Source of the DNA: Leptogorgia sarmentosa
Taxonomy: Eukaryota
NCBI GenBank assembly: GCA_964658305.1
Contig: OZ210884.1
Coordinates: 6,324,001 to 6,388,000 of the forward strand
Length of the DNA stretch: 64,000 bases
Direction of reading: 5' to 3'
Below are positions 14,044 through 24,622 of the stretch, piece by piece. Within the stretch, counting starts at the first letter, position 1; each line of letters opens with the position of its first letter. Position numbers and translations under genes: made by a program. The notes under the pieces were generated by a model. It had not been told where the DNA came from. It saw nothing but the letters and a program-made list of their open reading frames with translations, and ran no database searches.

Positions 14044-14185
14044 GGCCTGTTTCAAACGTCGAACTTTAGTCGCATCGAATGCAATTCAGACAAAGGATAA
14101 TGAGTTGATAATGAGGCAAGTTATCTCATTATCTATTGTTCTAATTGCATTCGACGCGACTAAAGTTCGACGTTTGAAACAGGCC
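14044..14185. mobile_element. PIF/Harbinger-type MITE
   Basis: TIR GGCCTGTTTCAAACGTCGAACTTTAGTCGC, TCA/TTA flanks; empty site CACCTTAGGCTC in the paralogous unit near 16026. Confidence 0.85.
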
Positions 14186-15005
14186 TTAGGCTCTTAAATA
14201 GGTATTTTTGTCTCCAGACAAAGAAAATGCAGTCATTATTCGCTTCGTTGATTGTCGGTACTTATGATGTTGGCACCGTGAGGTAACATAGGCCAGGAAA
14301 TTTTGGCTCCAGTCTTTATCGTGGAAACCAATATACGAGCATTCCTGCACGTATAAAGATTTATTATATAGTAGGCGGTGAGAAACCGAAAAATACATAG
14401 TCAGATCGATATGTTTCACTAGTGAAGGTATCGATCACGTGATCATTTCCCGCAAATAAATTTGTTTTCAAAATTGCGACGTTTGCCCAAGAGCTGCAAA
14501 CCAATTTTTGTCTTTGCTCAAAGAAAAAACAAATATGTTTTTGTCGAGAAAATGAAAGTATTACAAGAAAATACTAAAATGATACCAAGGGATTCTTTGA
14601 ATTTGGATAATATGATCTGATTAGTTGAAAAATTTAATATTATCGATAAAAATTAATAATGCCGACTGGCGTTTACGATTATAAATTATAATAAAAAGAA
14701 TATTACAAGGCAGTTTGAAGATACGAATTTTATCTTCTCGCATGATAAAATAATATTTTGATATTTTACTCATTCGTAAAAACACGGCCGGTTCTTGAAG
14801 AATTTTTTTATCTATAGCTTTGTAAACCGGTAGACATATAATAATTTCTACGGCAATTTCATTGGTACTACTGCGAAGAACTGAATATCAGAGTTTTGAT
14901 CGATCAAATTTGAAAATATGCATCCTATTATATTCCGGATCGCCGGATTTATATTTTCAATGGCTTTATAAAGTAAATATATTTTCCTTGTATACATTGT
15001 ATATA

Positions 15006-15596
15006 CAGGGTGTCTCAAAAAAAAGGTAATCGAACTTTGGCATGCCATTGTGCGTTAATTACTGAGTGTACGAACGTGATTTTTGCATGGTCGTAAAGAT
15101 CAAGGTCTTAGCAGTTAAATGACATATTTGTTGTACGATATGGGAAAAAATCAGGCAAATGCGAGCGTGTTGAAAAATCTCGGTGAAAAACGCATTCTTT
15201 CACCTCTGAGAATTGCAGCTAAACTTATTCAAAATTAACTCCCTCTGGGACTCGAAGATGACGACCTTCCCTTCAACAATCGACCTGATTATGCATAATT
15301 ATTAATAATCCTGATAAAATCTTTGTTACCATGACACATTCGTGATGAATTTCATGTTATTTTTTTCACTTTTGTTATGCACTGCTTTAATTAGGCACAG
15401 AGGTGAAAGAATGCGTTTTTCACCGAGATTTTTCAACACGCTCGCATTTGCCTGATTTTCTTCCATATCGTACAAGAAATATGTCATTCAACTGCTAAGA
15501 CCTTGATCTTTATGACCATGCAAAAATCACGTTCGTACACCCAGTATCGCACAATGGCATGCCAAAGTTCGATTACCTTTTTTTTGAGACACCCTG
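15006..15596. mobile_element. Tc1/mariner-type MITE with ~200-bp TIRs
   Basis: TA|CAGGGTGTCTCAAAAAAAAGGTAATCGAAC ... GTTCGATTACCTTTTTTTTGAGACACCCTG|TA; empty (TA)n site in the paralogous unit near 16428. Confidence 0.9.
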
Positions 15597-15659
15597 TATA
15601 TGAACATTGCCTAGACATATAGAGTTTTTACGCTGAATAAAATGTTGTTGTAGACTGAG

Positions 15660-15946
15660 ATAGATACAACGGCCAATACAGTCATAGGTCGAATTCGACC
15701 TAAATTAATAAGGTGTTGGAGCTGAAGAGTTTTAACAACATTTGTGAAGACTGGACGGAAAACAACTCGAGGATACATTGATATGACCGTAAGAGGGATA
15801 ATGTGAATTCACATTAGTCTTCACTTGTGATCAAGGTGGTGGATCTAGCGATGTTTTGGGCAGACCAAACGAAGGCATAGGAGACATGGCAGGCACTGAA
15901 GTGGTGTAGACAGTGAGCCTGTGTGATAAGGATTGAAATGCATACA
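15660..15946 (-). pseudogene. Second, partial copy of the FoxA-like 3' coding region
   Basis: Aligns by eye with 16700-16910 (GTGGATCTAGCGATGTTTTGGGCAGACCAAA; GTGGTGTAGACAGTGAGCCTGTGTGATAAGGATTGAAATGCATAC) with different indels. Confidence 0.7.
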
Positions 15947-16699
15947 GTCAAGTGTTGTCTGTCAGTGTTTGGCGTCCTTGTAGAGCTGAAGGTTTAAATG
16001 AAATGTTTTTATTTTTCACCTAATCACCTTAGGCTCTTATGCAGGCATCTTTGTCTCCAGACAAACAAAATGCAATCATTATTCGCTTCGTTGACTGTCG
16101 TTCTTATGATGTTGGCACCGTACGTGAGGTAGAGGCATCGTGAGGTAAATGATATTTTGATATTTATTTTACTCACTCGCTGCGCTCATTTGTAAAAACA
16201 CGGCCGGTTCTTGAAGAATTTTTTTACCTATAGCCTTGTAAACAGGCAGACATATAATAATTTCTACGGCAATTTAATTGGTACTACTGCGAAGAACTGA
16301 ATATCAGTGGTGGCAGAGTTATGATCGATCAAATTTGAAAATGTGCATCTAATTAATAATCCGGATCACATTTTCTGTGATTATATTTCAATGGCTTTAG
16401 GTAAATATATTTCCCTTTATTGCATTGTATATATATATGAACATTGCTTAGATATATAGAGTTTTTACGCTGAATAAAATGAGGGTATTTGTGTCCTTTT
16501 AAGTGATTAATTCCAATTAATATAATTGTCAGTCATCTCGGATAAGTGCATGCGTCAGAGTCTCAGAGAGGTCTCTCATTATAAGCGTGATAGCGTGATT
16601 GCAGAAGGGAGTGATTTGGGAGCTGTGATTTGTGTATTCAACAAAATTAAATAAAATTATTGCGGGTGTGTTGGTTTAACTAAGGCCTCTGACGGCATT

Positions 16700-17635
16700 C
16701 CCAACAATACAGCCATAGGTCGAATTCGACTCGAGGATATTCGACTGATATGGCCGTATAAGGGATAATATGGTTCACATTAGCTTCACTTGCCATCAAG
16801 GATGGTGGATCTAGCGATGTTTTGGGCAGACCAAAGTCGTTTGCCAAACGAAGAAACTGGAGGTGGTGTAGACAGTGAGCCTGTGTGATAAGGATTGAAA
16901 TGCATACCGTCATAACCTCGGAACTCTATTTCATGATCCGCTATGATATTTTTGATCGCAGGTCTGAATCCAGCGTAGTGGGTAGGAGTAAGAAATGAAG
17001 AAATGAAGGAGTTGCTAAAGTTTTGCTGCCCTGTACTTTAGGAATACCAGGTACATAACGTCCGGGTTGCACCAAATGACAGGGATTCGGTTTCTTGTCT
17101 GCTTTGAAACGTTTCTGTCGTGGTAGATAACAACCATTTTCAAACATGTTTCCACAGTCTGGGTGTAAGGTCCAGTAGGAACCCTCTCCAGGTCGATCAG
17201 GCGAGCGACGAACTTTCACAAAACAATCATTAAATGACAAACTATGGCGTATCGAGTTTTGCCACTGTTGTAGATTTGATCTGTAGTACGGGAATCAGGG
17301 CCGTCGCTAGAACGTTAATTGGGGGAGTGCATATTCATATTTTGGCGTTCTGCCGACTGATTTCTTTAGAAATTAATTCATAAACAACTGATTTCAAAAG
17401 AAATCAGTTGGCAGAACGCCAAAATATGAATATGCACCCCCCCCCAATTAACGTTCTAGCGACGGCCCTGACGGGAATCTCCCATAGTTATTAAGCTAAT
17501 GTGTCTATACGGCGGCTTCGTGTGTGCAAAACTGCGTGGCGACGTCAATGATTTTTCCTTGTCCTTTACTTGACGCGTCTCTGAATCAAATGGATCTGTA
17601 AGAAAATCCTGACCGAAGACTTCTTGTTCCATCAT
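16700..17635 (-). pseudogene. FoxA: FoxA (forkhead/HNF3) pseudogene
   Basis: ATG at 17635 reads MMEQEVFG..RSFAHTKPPYRHISLITM. About 20 codons of the forkhead domain are then missing with a frameshift, followed by RFPYY (split by a hAT MITE) [60 protein letters not shown], which is FoxA-type. After another frameshift there is a degenerate EH1-like PAIKNIIA. Confidence 0.88.
17296..17470. mobile_element. hAT-type palindromic MITE inside the FoxA forkhead box
   Basis: TIR CAGGGCCGTCGCTAGAACGTTAATTG, perfect 8-bp TSD ACGGGAAT. Confidence 0.93.
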
Positions 17636-17882
17636 CCTGTTTCAATGTGTTTGATGAGTCTACTAATGCGTTACTTCGTTAATTTCTTGTAGTTTGTTCA
17701 GCGCTTCGGCTGAGATGGGAATCTCAGTTTGTTTGCCACCTCAGCAGATTACGGCGCACTATGATACCATAATATGATCATTATGATGGCATATTTATGA
17801 TTAGCTATATCGATAATATGTAGGTCATCAGGTCACCGCTGAGCTCTATGTACTCCTGAATAGATTAGCATGAAGCGAACAA

Positions 17883-17997
17883 GGCATGGGGACAAGCCAG
17901 TCATGGGGACAAGCCAGTCATGGGGATAAGCCAGTCATGGGGATAAGCCAGGCATGGGGATAAGCTAGGCATGGGGAGAAGGCATGGGGACAAGGCA
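17883..17997 (+). repeat. 17-bp minisatellite (CATGGGGAYAAGCCAGK), ~7 units
   Basis: Direct tandem repeats, each with a GGGG run. Confidence 0.9.
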
Positions 17998-18245
17998 CCC
18001 CTCTTGTCTCGGTACATGTGTCATGTCGGTCATGTGTAAACATCTTTAGCGTTTGCATGCAGTGTGAAGATTTAAAATTCATGACTATTTGACTACATAA
18101 ACTTTACAAATTCCATCTTTCAACATTGTTCTAAATTCATTGCATACCCTATTTCGACCTCCTGTTGCTTTGGCACAAATCAATCAGACGAAGTATAGAC
18201 TTAGTGGCATTTGAAATTTGTGCTTTTAAATCCTCATTCCCAACG

Positions 18246-21200
18246 ATGGAAGGCAAAAATTTGCACAAACGCAGGCATTTTGATGTGGATATTCCATTTG
18301 AAAACAGCGAGCCTGTGATCGTTAAAATACTGAAAGAAATCAAACCAGAATGGTCTGAGGAGAATCTAAAATTTAAGAATTTTACTGAAGGCATTAGCAA
18401 CAAATTGATCGGTGCTATGTTGCAATGTGGTTCTGAAAAAGATCTTATAATGTTTCGATTATACGGCAACAGAACCGAACTTTTCATCGACAGGAAACAA
18501 GAGTTGGTTAATGTCGAATTCTTGCATTCAAGAGGGTTCGCTCCTAAACTGTATGCGACCTTCAGAAACGGTTACTGCCTTGGCTTCATTCCTGGAAGGA
18601 CGCTGGAAACAGAAGAGATGTCAGATGAGCATTTGAGTTCACTCATTGCAAAGAAGTTAGCTCGTGTTCATGCAATACAGTCGACCAGTGATTTTAAAAC
18701 TGATGAACCATGTGCCTTCAGTATGATTGAAAAGTTTCTCAGTGTGTTGCCTGACAAGTTTGATGATAATGTTAAACAAACAAGGTTAGATTACTAGTGA
18801 CTGTCAGTATTTTGTATATGTTAATGTATTCATTGTATATAATGTAAATAACAACAATGACTGAGGCAGGGGAGGGGAGGTGCTGGAACACTGTCTAAAT
18901 CATCTACACAGACTTGTCAGGACTACAGTAATTACACAATCAGGCGTTTGGTCTGAAATTGAGCAGAAATCATGGACAAATGCAGGAAAACAAGTCCAGA
19001 GAGCTCAAAATTAAATTCTGGTGGGGGATCAAGGGTTCCAGAGCCCCATAAGTGTATATGTCTTCACTTTTCCCATCCTTTGCTGAGGTCCCTCTTTGCA
19101 GTCGGCCCCTCCACTGAAAATCGTTGGAAAAGGCCCTGCCAATCAATCAGGATCATCACTGGTCCATTCGATGGTTCTGAAATCACCATTTGGTCTAATC
19201 AATTGGTCTTTTGTGATTAAAATGCAACCATTTAGGTTGCAACTTGTTTGTGTTCTAAAGATTTATATATCACATAGTCTGCTCACAATTCAAATCTCTA
19301 TTTTTTAAAGGTATGAAAAGGAAATACTTAGTAAAGTGAATGTTGTAGATGAACTGAAACTTCTCAAAGAGCGTCTTGGTAACTGTGATGCACCTCTTGT
19401 TTATTGCCACAATGATTTACTTGTTAAGAATATCATCTACACTAAGGAAGAGGGTGAGTGAATTGCCTCAGGTCATCTTCAATTCAAAATGCATTTGTAG
19501 TATAAACACAACACCCAGTATGTAGCTTCATGAAAATGCACAGTGATAACAAACTTCAATATGTGGACTGAGTGTAGGTAGCAGATAACAACATCATTTG
19601 TCGGCAAAGGGCATTTGCTTTCAGGAAGTTGAATCTTATTGTATTAGGTAGGTAATGAGTACAATTTTTGCTGCTTGGTAGAAATAGCACAGTTACAAAG
19701 ATTAATTTAATCAAACAAATTTTGGGTGAACAAAAGTAAAATACTGGCCTGTAGCTATATAAGTACAGTGCTGGAGCATTAACTATGCTTGCAAAACTAT
19801 GATAGTTCTAATGTTTTGCATTTACAGTTAGGGTTATACACAAAGTTGGTCATTGCTCAAGACAAATAGACTACGCATAGTCTGTTTTTGTTTTGCCTTG
19901 CAATACAGTAACTACAGTTATACCACAGAGTATCATATAGAGGTGTAACTCAATAAATTTAATATAATTAAAGTAACATTTTCATGTACCCATTTTTTTT
20001 CAATGCGATCGGCAAAAAATGATCAGCTGCGCATGCTTGGCAAGTTTAAATTTAGTCGTCATCAGGTCGTCATCCAATCAGATGCACGCATCTAGTAACA
20101 TCTAGTAGCATGCGCACAAAAATAGTGGGTACAACAGTTACACCTCTGTATAAGTATTTACTCTGTGGTTATACAGAGTACAGACTATGAATCAGCGCAA
20201 TGTTTCGTGTTCTGTGACGTAGCCACTATCCAGAAGCTAGATAGTTCATTGTGATTGGTCGACAAATAATACAGGCATTTCATTGGTTCGCCGTGGTAAT
20301 TCATGCCTGCATCATAATTCATACCGTATAAATTATATATAATCGCAACACGGCGGCCGGTATAATGTTTGGCGAAGATTCTTGGCAAAATGCATTCTTT
20401 TCTGTTGCGGCTCTGTTTAAAATTGAAAGTTTATTTCCAGAAAGAAAAGAGGAAGGCGATAAAAGCGTTTTTTGAAAGCAATTTAAATGTTTTTGTCAGC
20501 TTGCCGACTGACGCAAGGAAATCCCTAATATTTCGTTTACCGTTTGTCTTCGACTCATTGAAAGGCAATCCTCGAGGAACAAGCGTTCTTGTTGTCATAT
20601 CACCACTTAAAGCATCTTTTGCCTTCGATGCGATGTTTTTCAGTAATTTTGACAATAACAAGCTTACATAATACACATATCTCCGACATGTTATTATCAA
20701 CATAATTCATAAATTGCATAATTCGTTTCACGCATGCCTATAATTATTTGCATAATTTTCGCTTCTGGCCACACCTCCAAGAACACGTCACGGTCGCTGT
20801 TGCACAACGCTTGTAAGCGCCCTCATTTTGACCCCAAGCGTCTGTACGCAGGCTAAAGACAAACTGTGTTGCAAACAACAATGAAAAAAAAACATATTCC
20901 AACTTTACATTGTAACCAGAGTTGAGACAGAAATTTAAAAGATTAAAACTTATTGTACTTGTTAACTGGTTAATTTTGACAGATCAGAGATCTCAGTTTG
21001 CATTTTTAATATCAACTCCATCTTTTTCTATATTAAGGCTTCAAAATAGAAAACACTTTACTGTACCATACCATTGTGTATTAACTTTATTATTGAAATC
21101 CTGCCTGCAGATGAAGTATCATTTATTGATTACGAATATGGAGCATATAACTTCAGTGCATTTGATATTGGCAATCATTTTAATGAATTTGGAGGTGAGA

Positions 21201-22907
21201 ATTACTCAAATTAAACAAGCCTAATCCGCATGAAAACAAACGGAACCACAAAACTCCATACATGTCTTATGCCTCCTTTTCACAATGCTACCCCCGCCTG
21301 CTTTTCAGTCCTTCTGGCATTCCTGCATTAGACTGCAAGCTGATCACCTAATTTTCTTGATATCTTTTTTGTCATTGAAGGAGTGGTGATTGATCCGGAT
21401 TATAATTTGTATCCTGATAAAGATTTTCAGTTGAAGTGGTTGAGAATCTATTCAGAGGAGAAGGCTAAAGTACAAGGTAAAAGTCAAAGTAATTGTACCA
21501 GCATATTGATATACTGTGTTACCTTACTGGTCAGCAGTTCACACATAAAACGGTTAGAGCCATGACGTCCCCCGTACCACAAACGTACTGAGGTCCATTT
21601 AGAGTGGGGTGGATGTTTTTTTTAAAAAATTGCCGGAAAAACCCCAAAATATAGGACAGCCAGTAAGGATATTTTACCATGATTATAATAAAATATTGCA
21701 TGCAAGAAACATTAACATGATCAACACAGACAAGACCAGTCAACAATCCTTTATGTCATGTACTGTATATTCGAAATTTGCCCACAATATTGGTTTCAAG
21801 AAGCGACCACTATTTATGTGATCGGTTTATGTTATATTTTTCAATTGACAGTACGGCTCCAGACCTCGCAAGGTTTTTTCTCTTTTCAGGAAAAGGAGAG
21901 ATCATTACAGATGAACAACTCGAAAAGTTATATGTTCAAGTCAACCAGTTTGCATTGGTAAGAGTCATTATAATTATATTATAAGTCAAACTCATATTAT
22001 AATTTTATTTAATAACTTTGCCAGAAACAAACAATCGCAATAATAATAACACAAGAACTGGTAAGGCTATCGCAACATCTTGCGCCAATTACTGCGATCC
22101 CGATAATGAATGGTATAGAGAAAAAGTACTGCATGTATAAATAAAAATTAACGAGCAAGAGCAGGAAGGATAATCTCACTATCTAAACGATAAAACAGTC
22201 ATACAGATTCGACGTTTCGACCGAAGGGCCTTCGTCGGACCTTCGAAATTAACTGTTAACTTTGAAGGGCCTTCGAAATTAACTGTTCTAACAAAGTATC
22301 AAATTTATGAGTATTTATTTTTATAGTTGTAATAAGTCAACCTTAACTTTTTTAGGTGTCTCATTTGTTTTGGGGAGTGTGGTCTTTGCTGCAGGCAAAC
22401 TTTTCTTCGATAGATTTCGACTTTCTAGAGTGAGTACACATGCCCATTATTGTTTGCAATAGGTCATCAAGATATGTGACTAGATGCCTTTTACAGCACA
22501 ATTACAGCAGATGACTACAGTAGATGCTATAGCTATATTCTGCGCATATAACAAAGTTCGTAATTATGGGCTCAACCATTGCGGAAATTTTATTTAATGT
22601 CTGAGTTTCCACTAAAAAACTGTGTTTTGTGCAGCAAAAATGCACAGATCGAACGGATTGAATGCCTGATCAAATGTTTCAAAAGGTAATTCATTCGTGT
22701 ATTAAAAATTGGTATTTTCATCAATATTGAAATGATCGCTTGTGATTACATAATTTTAATTTTTTTTCGTCTAATCTCTCCATATTATTATTAGTATTAC
22801 CACTATAGTTGTACGCAGGCTAACCCAGTTTTTTCTCCATTTATAGATACAGTAAAAATCGTTTGTACGAATATCTACGCAGAAAAGACGAGTTTTTGAA
22901 ATTATAA
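18246..22907 (+). CDS. ETNK1: Ethanolamine kinase, 7 exons
   Basis: Exons 18246-18784, 19311-19453, 21111-21194, 21381-21477, 21890-21957, 22356-22429, 22847-22907. Motifs FTEGISNKL, RLYGNRTELFIDRKQE, Brenner motif CHNDLLVKNII, FIDYEYGAYN..AFDIGNHFNEF, SHLFWGVWSLLQA..SSIDFDF. Confidence 0.93.
19924..20167. mobile_element. P-like MITE
   Basis: TIR CACAGAGTA..ATAGAGGTGTAACT / AGTTACACCTCTGTAT..TACTCTGTG with 7-bp TSD GTTATAC. Confidence 0.75.
20170..20855 (+). mobile_element. Academ-like remnant carrying a degenerate RecQ-type helicase fragment
   Basis: Right end GTCTGTACGCAGGCTA with a degenerate left partner TATACAGAGTACAGAC. ORF 20369-20671 contains KAIKAFFE..VFVSLPTDARKSLIF.LPFVFD...VLVVISPLKA, resembling SF2/RecQ motifs I and Ia with a broken Walker A. 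Confidence 0.65.
22206..22240 (-). ncRNA. Minimal hammerhead ribozyme-like motif, variant core
   Basis: Minus strand reads CCGACGA-AGGCC-CTTC-GGTC-GAAACGTCG, matching CUGANGA..stem II..GAAAC except U4->C. Confidence 0.4.
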
Positions 22908-23536
22908 ATACCTTATATTTAAAAGAGGACGTCTTCTTGCATGTGCATGCATAATTTAATATATATTCATCATTTTTTTATCAAGCATTTTAGTACATTT
23001 GATATATTTACATTTGTTGTACATTTATCGTAAAGCCAACAGATATATGAGGCTGTACGAGAGTGCGAAGGGATATCATACATATCGCAGCCATGTTCCA
23101 CACATTTCTGAGCTTAACGACATATAAGTCGTAAGGAGTATTCAAAGAGCAGTATTATGCTGTGAGCGCAATACATGTTAATTAGATTAGGTACAATTTA
23201 TATATGCTGCAACAACACCTTTGTGTTTTTTGGATTTGTTTAATCTTGATACCGGTGATACCCAGTTGCGGCATTTTAATAATGTCGGTATGTACTTTAT
23301 GAGAGTATTACCCTGCGTTTTTATGGAAACCGAGCTGCCCGCCATTTTTGGCGACGACCTTGAGACCTTTGAAAATCTCAAAGATCTCGATTCAGCAATG
23401 GTTTGTTTTGGTGATCTGTATATGCCATCTTAAAAGTCTCATATAAACACGTGAAAACTACGGAGTTCTAGCATCCTGGACGAATCAAGGACTATCTATA
23501 GGCAACGATAGGATTTCACACCTTGACGGCTCGATC

Positions 23537-23819
23537 CATGGGCGTACCGGGCGGGGGGGCGGGGGGGGGGGCGGCAGCCCCCCCAGTTTGTTGGGCAAAC
23601 AAGGCCACTCGGGCAATATTCGCCTCACAGTCGGGTAAATGATTGTCGTACACACTGATATTACATGGTAAATTAACTTGTGAATGTATTATGTATACGT
23701 ATTAATTAAATTTAACGCGAATATGAGTATCAATTACAAAATAAAAGTCGGGCAATTTTCTAGATAGCCGGGCAAATTGCCGACCGCCCTCCTGAAAAAT
23801 GTTGGCCGGTACGCCCATG
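23537..23819. mobile_element. hAT-type MITE
   Basis: TIR CATGGGCGTACCGG, perfect 8-bp TSD GCTCGATC; absent from arm B (~34315). Confidence 0.9.
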
Positions 23820-24136
23820 GCTCGATCTACTTAGCACATTAAATGCTAGAGTCACTTCTAACTTTGCATCGGCAAATCATAATATACTCCTTGCCCTGTA
23901 TTCATAGTTCTTGTTGATACAATGGAAAAAACTTTTGATTTGATTATATGCTTCATATTCACCGAATTCCGGCCCTATATTTTTTTGTCCCCGACCCAAT
24001 GATGGGTTAATCGGGCGCTGTGCGCAATATCGCATTTTTCCAGATTTCCTGAGTGCGTAAAACAAAAACAAACAACAACAGTCAATATTTCAGTAGATGT
24101 TTTATTGCATTGCAGTTCTTGCTTGTAACAAGTTTA

Positions 24137-24339
24137 CAGGGCCGTCGCTAGAACGTTAATTGCGGGGGGGGGGGGGGGGGGGGGGGGTGCATATTCATAT
24201 TTTAGCGTTCTGCCGACTGATTTCTTTAGAAATTAATTCATAAACAACTGATTTCAAAAGAAATCAGTCGGCAGAACGCCAAAATATGAATATGCACCCC
24301 CCCCCCCCCCCCCCAATTAACGTTCTAGCGACGGCCCTG
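24137..24339. mobile_element. hAT-type palindromic MITE, same family as 17296-17470
   Basis: TIR CAGGGCCGTCGCTAGAACGTTAATTG, perfect TSD CAAGTTTA; absent from arm B (~33965). Confidence 0.93.
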
Positions 24340-24622
24340 CAAGTTTAAATCAAAGTCTTCAAATATATTGACGTGAAGTTATACCTCGATCGTCTAAGTA
24401 ATCATAGTTTATTGATTTATAAATTCATAAACATATATAGAATTGTATCAAACAACATTATAATTCATACTCCTTCGAAATAATTTATGCAATCATGTAA
24501 ATAAAGACTTTGCAAATAAGGATTTTCAAAACAGTATTCTGAAGCGCAGCAACGATCGAAGCGTGAAACATGAATACAAATTTGGATATTATCTAACGTT
24601 GTAAACCAGACCACAGTTAGCA

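Larger units (their letters stand above)
13960..16912. repeat. Old tandem duplication (units ~13960-15946 and ~15947-16912), each ending in FoxA 3' sequence
   Basis: AAGTGTTGTCTG..TTTGGCGTCCTTGTA..GCTGAAGGTTTAAATGAAATG and following blocks occur at ~13962 and ~15950. Unit 2 lacks the MITEs present in unit 1. Confidence 0.8.

Noticed and set aside
23187..23433. Short ORFs downstream of ETNK
   Set aside because: No homology recognised and no splice support.
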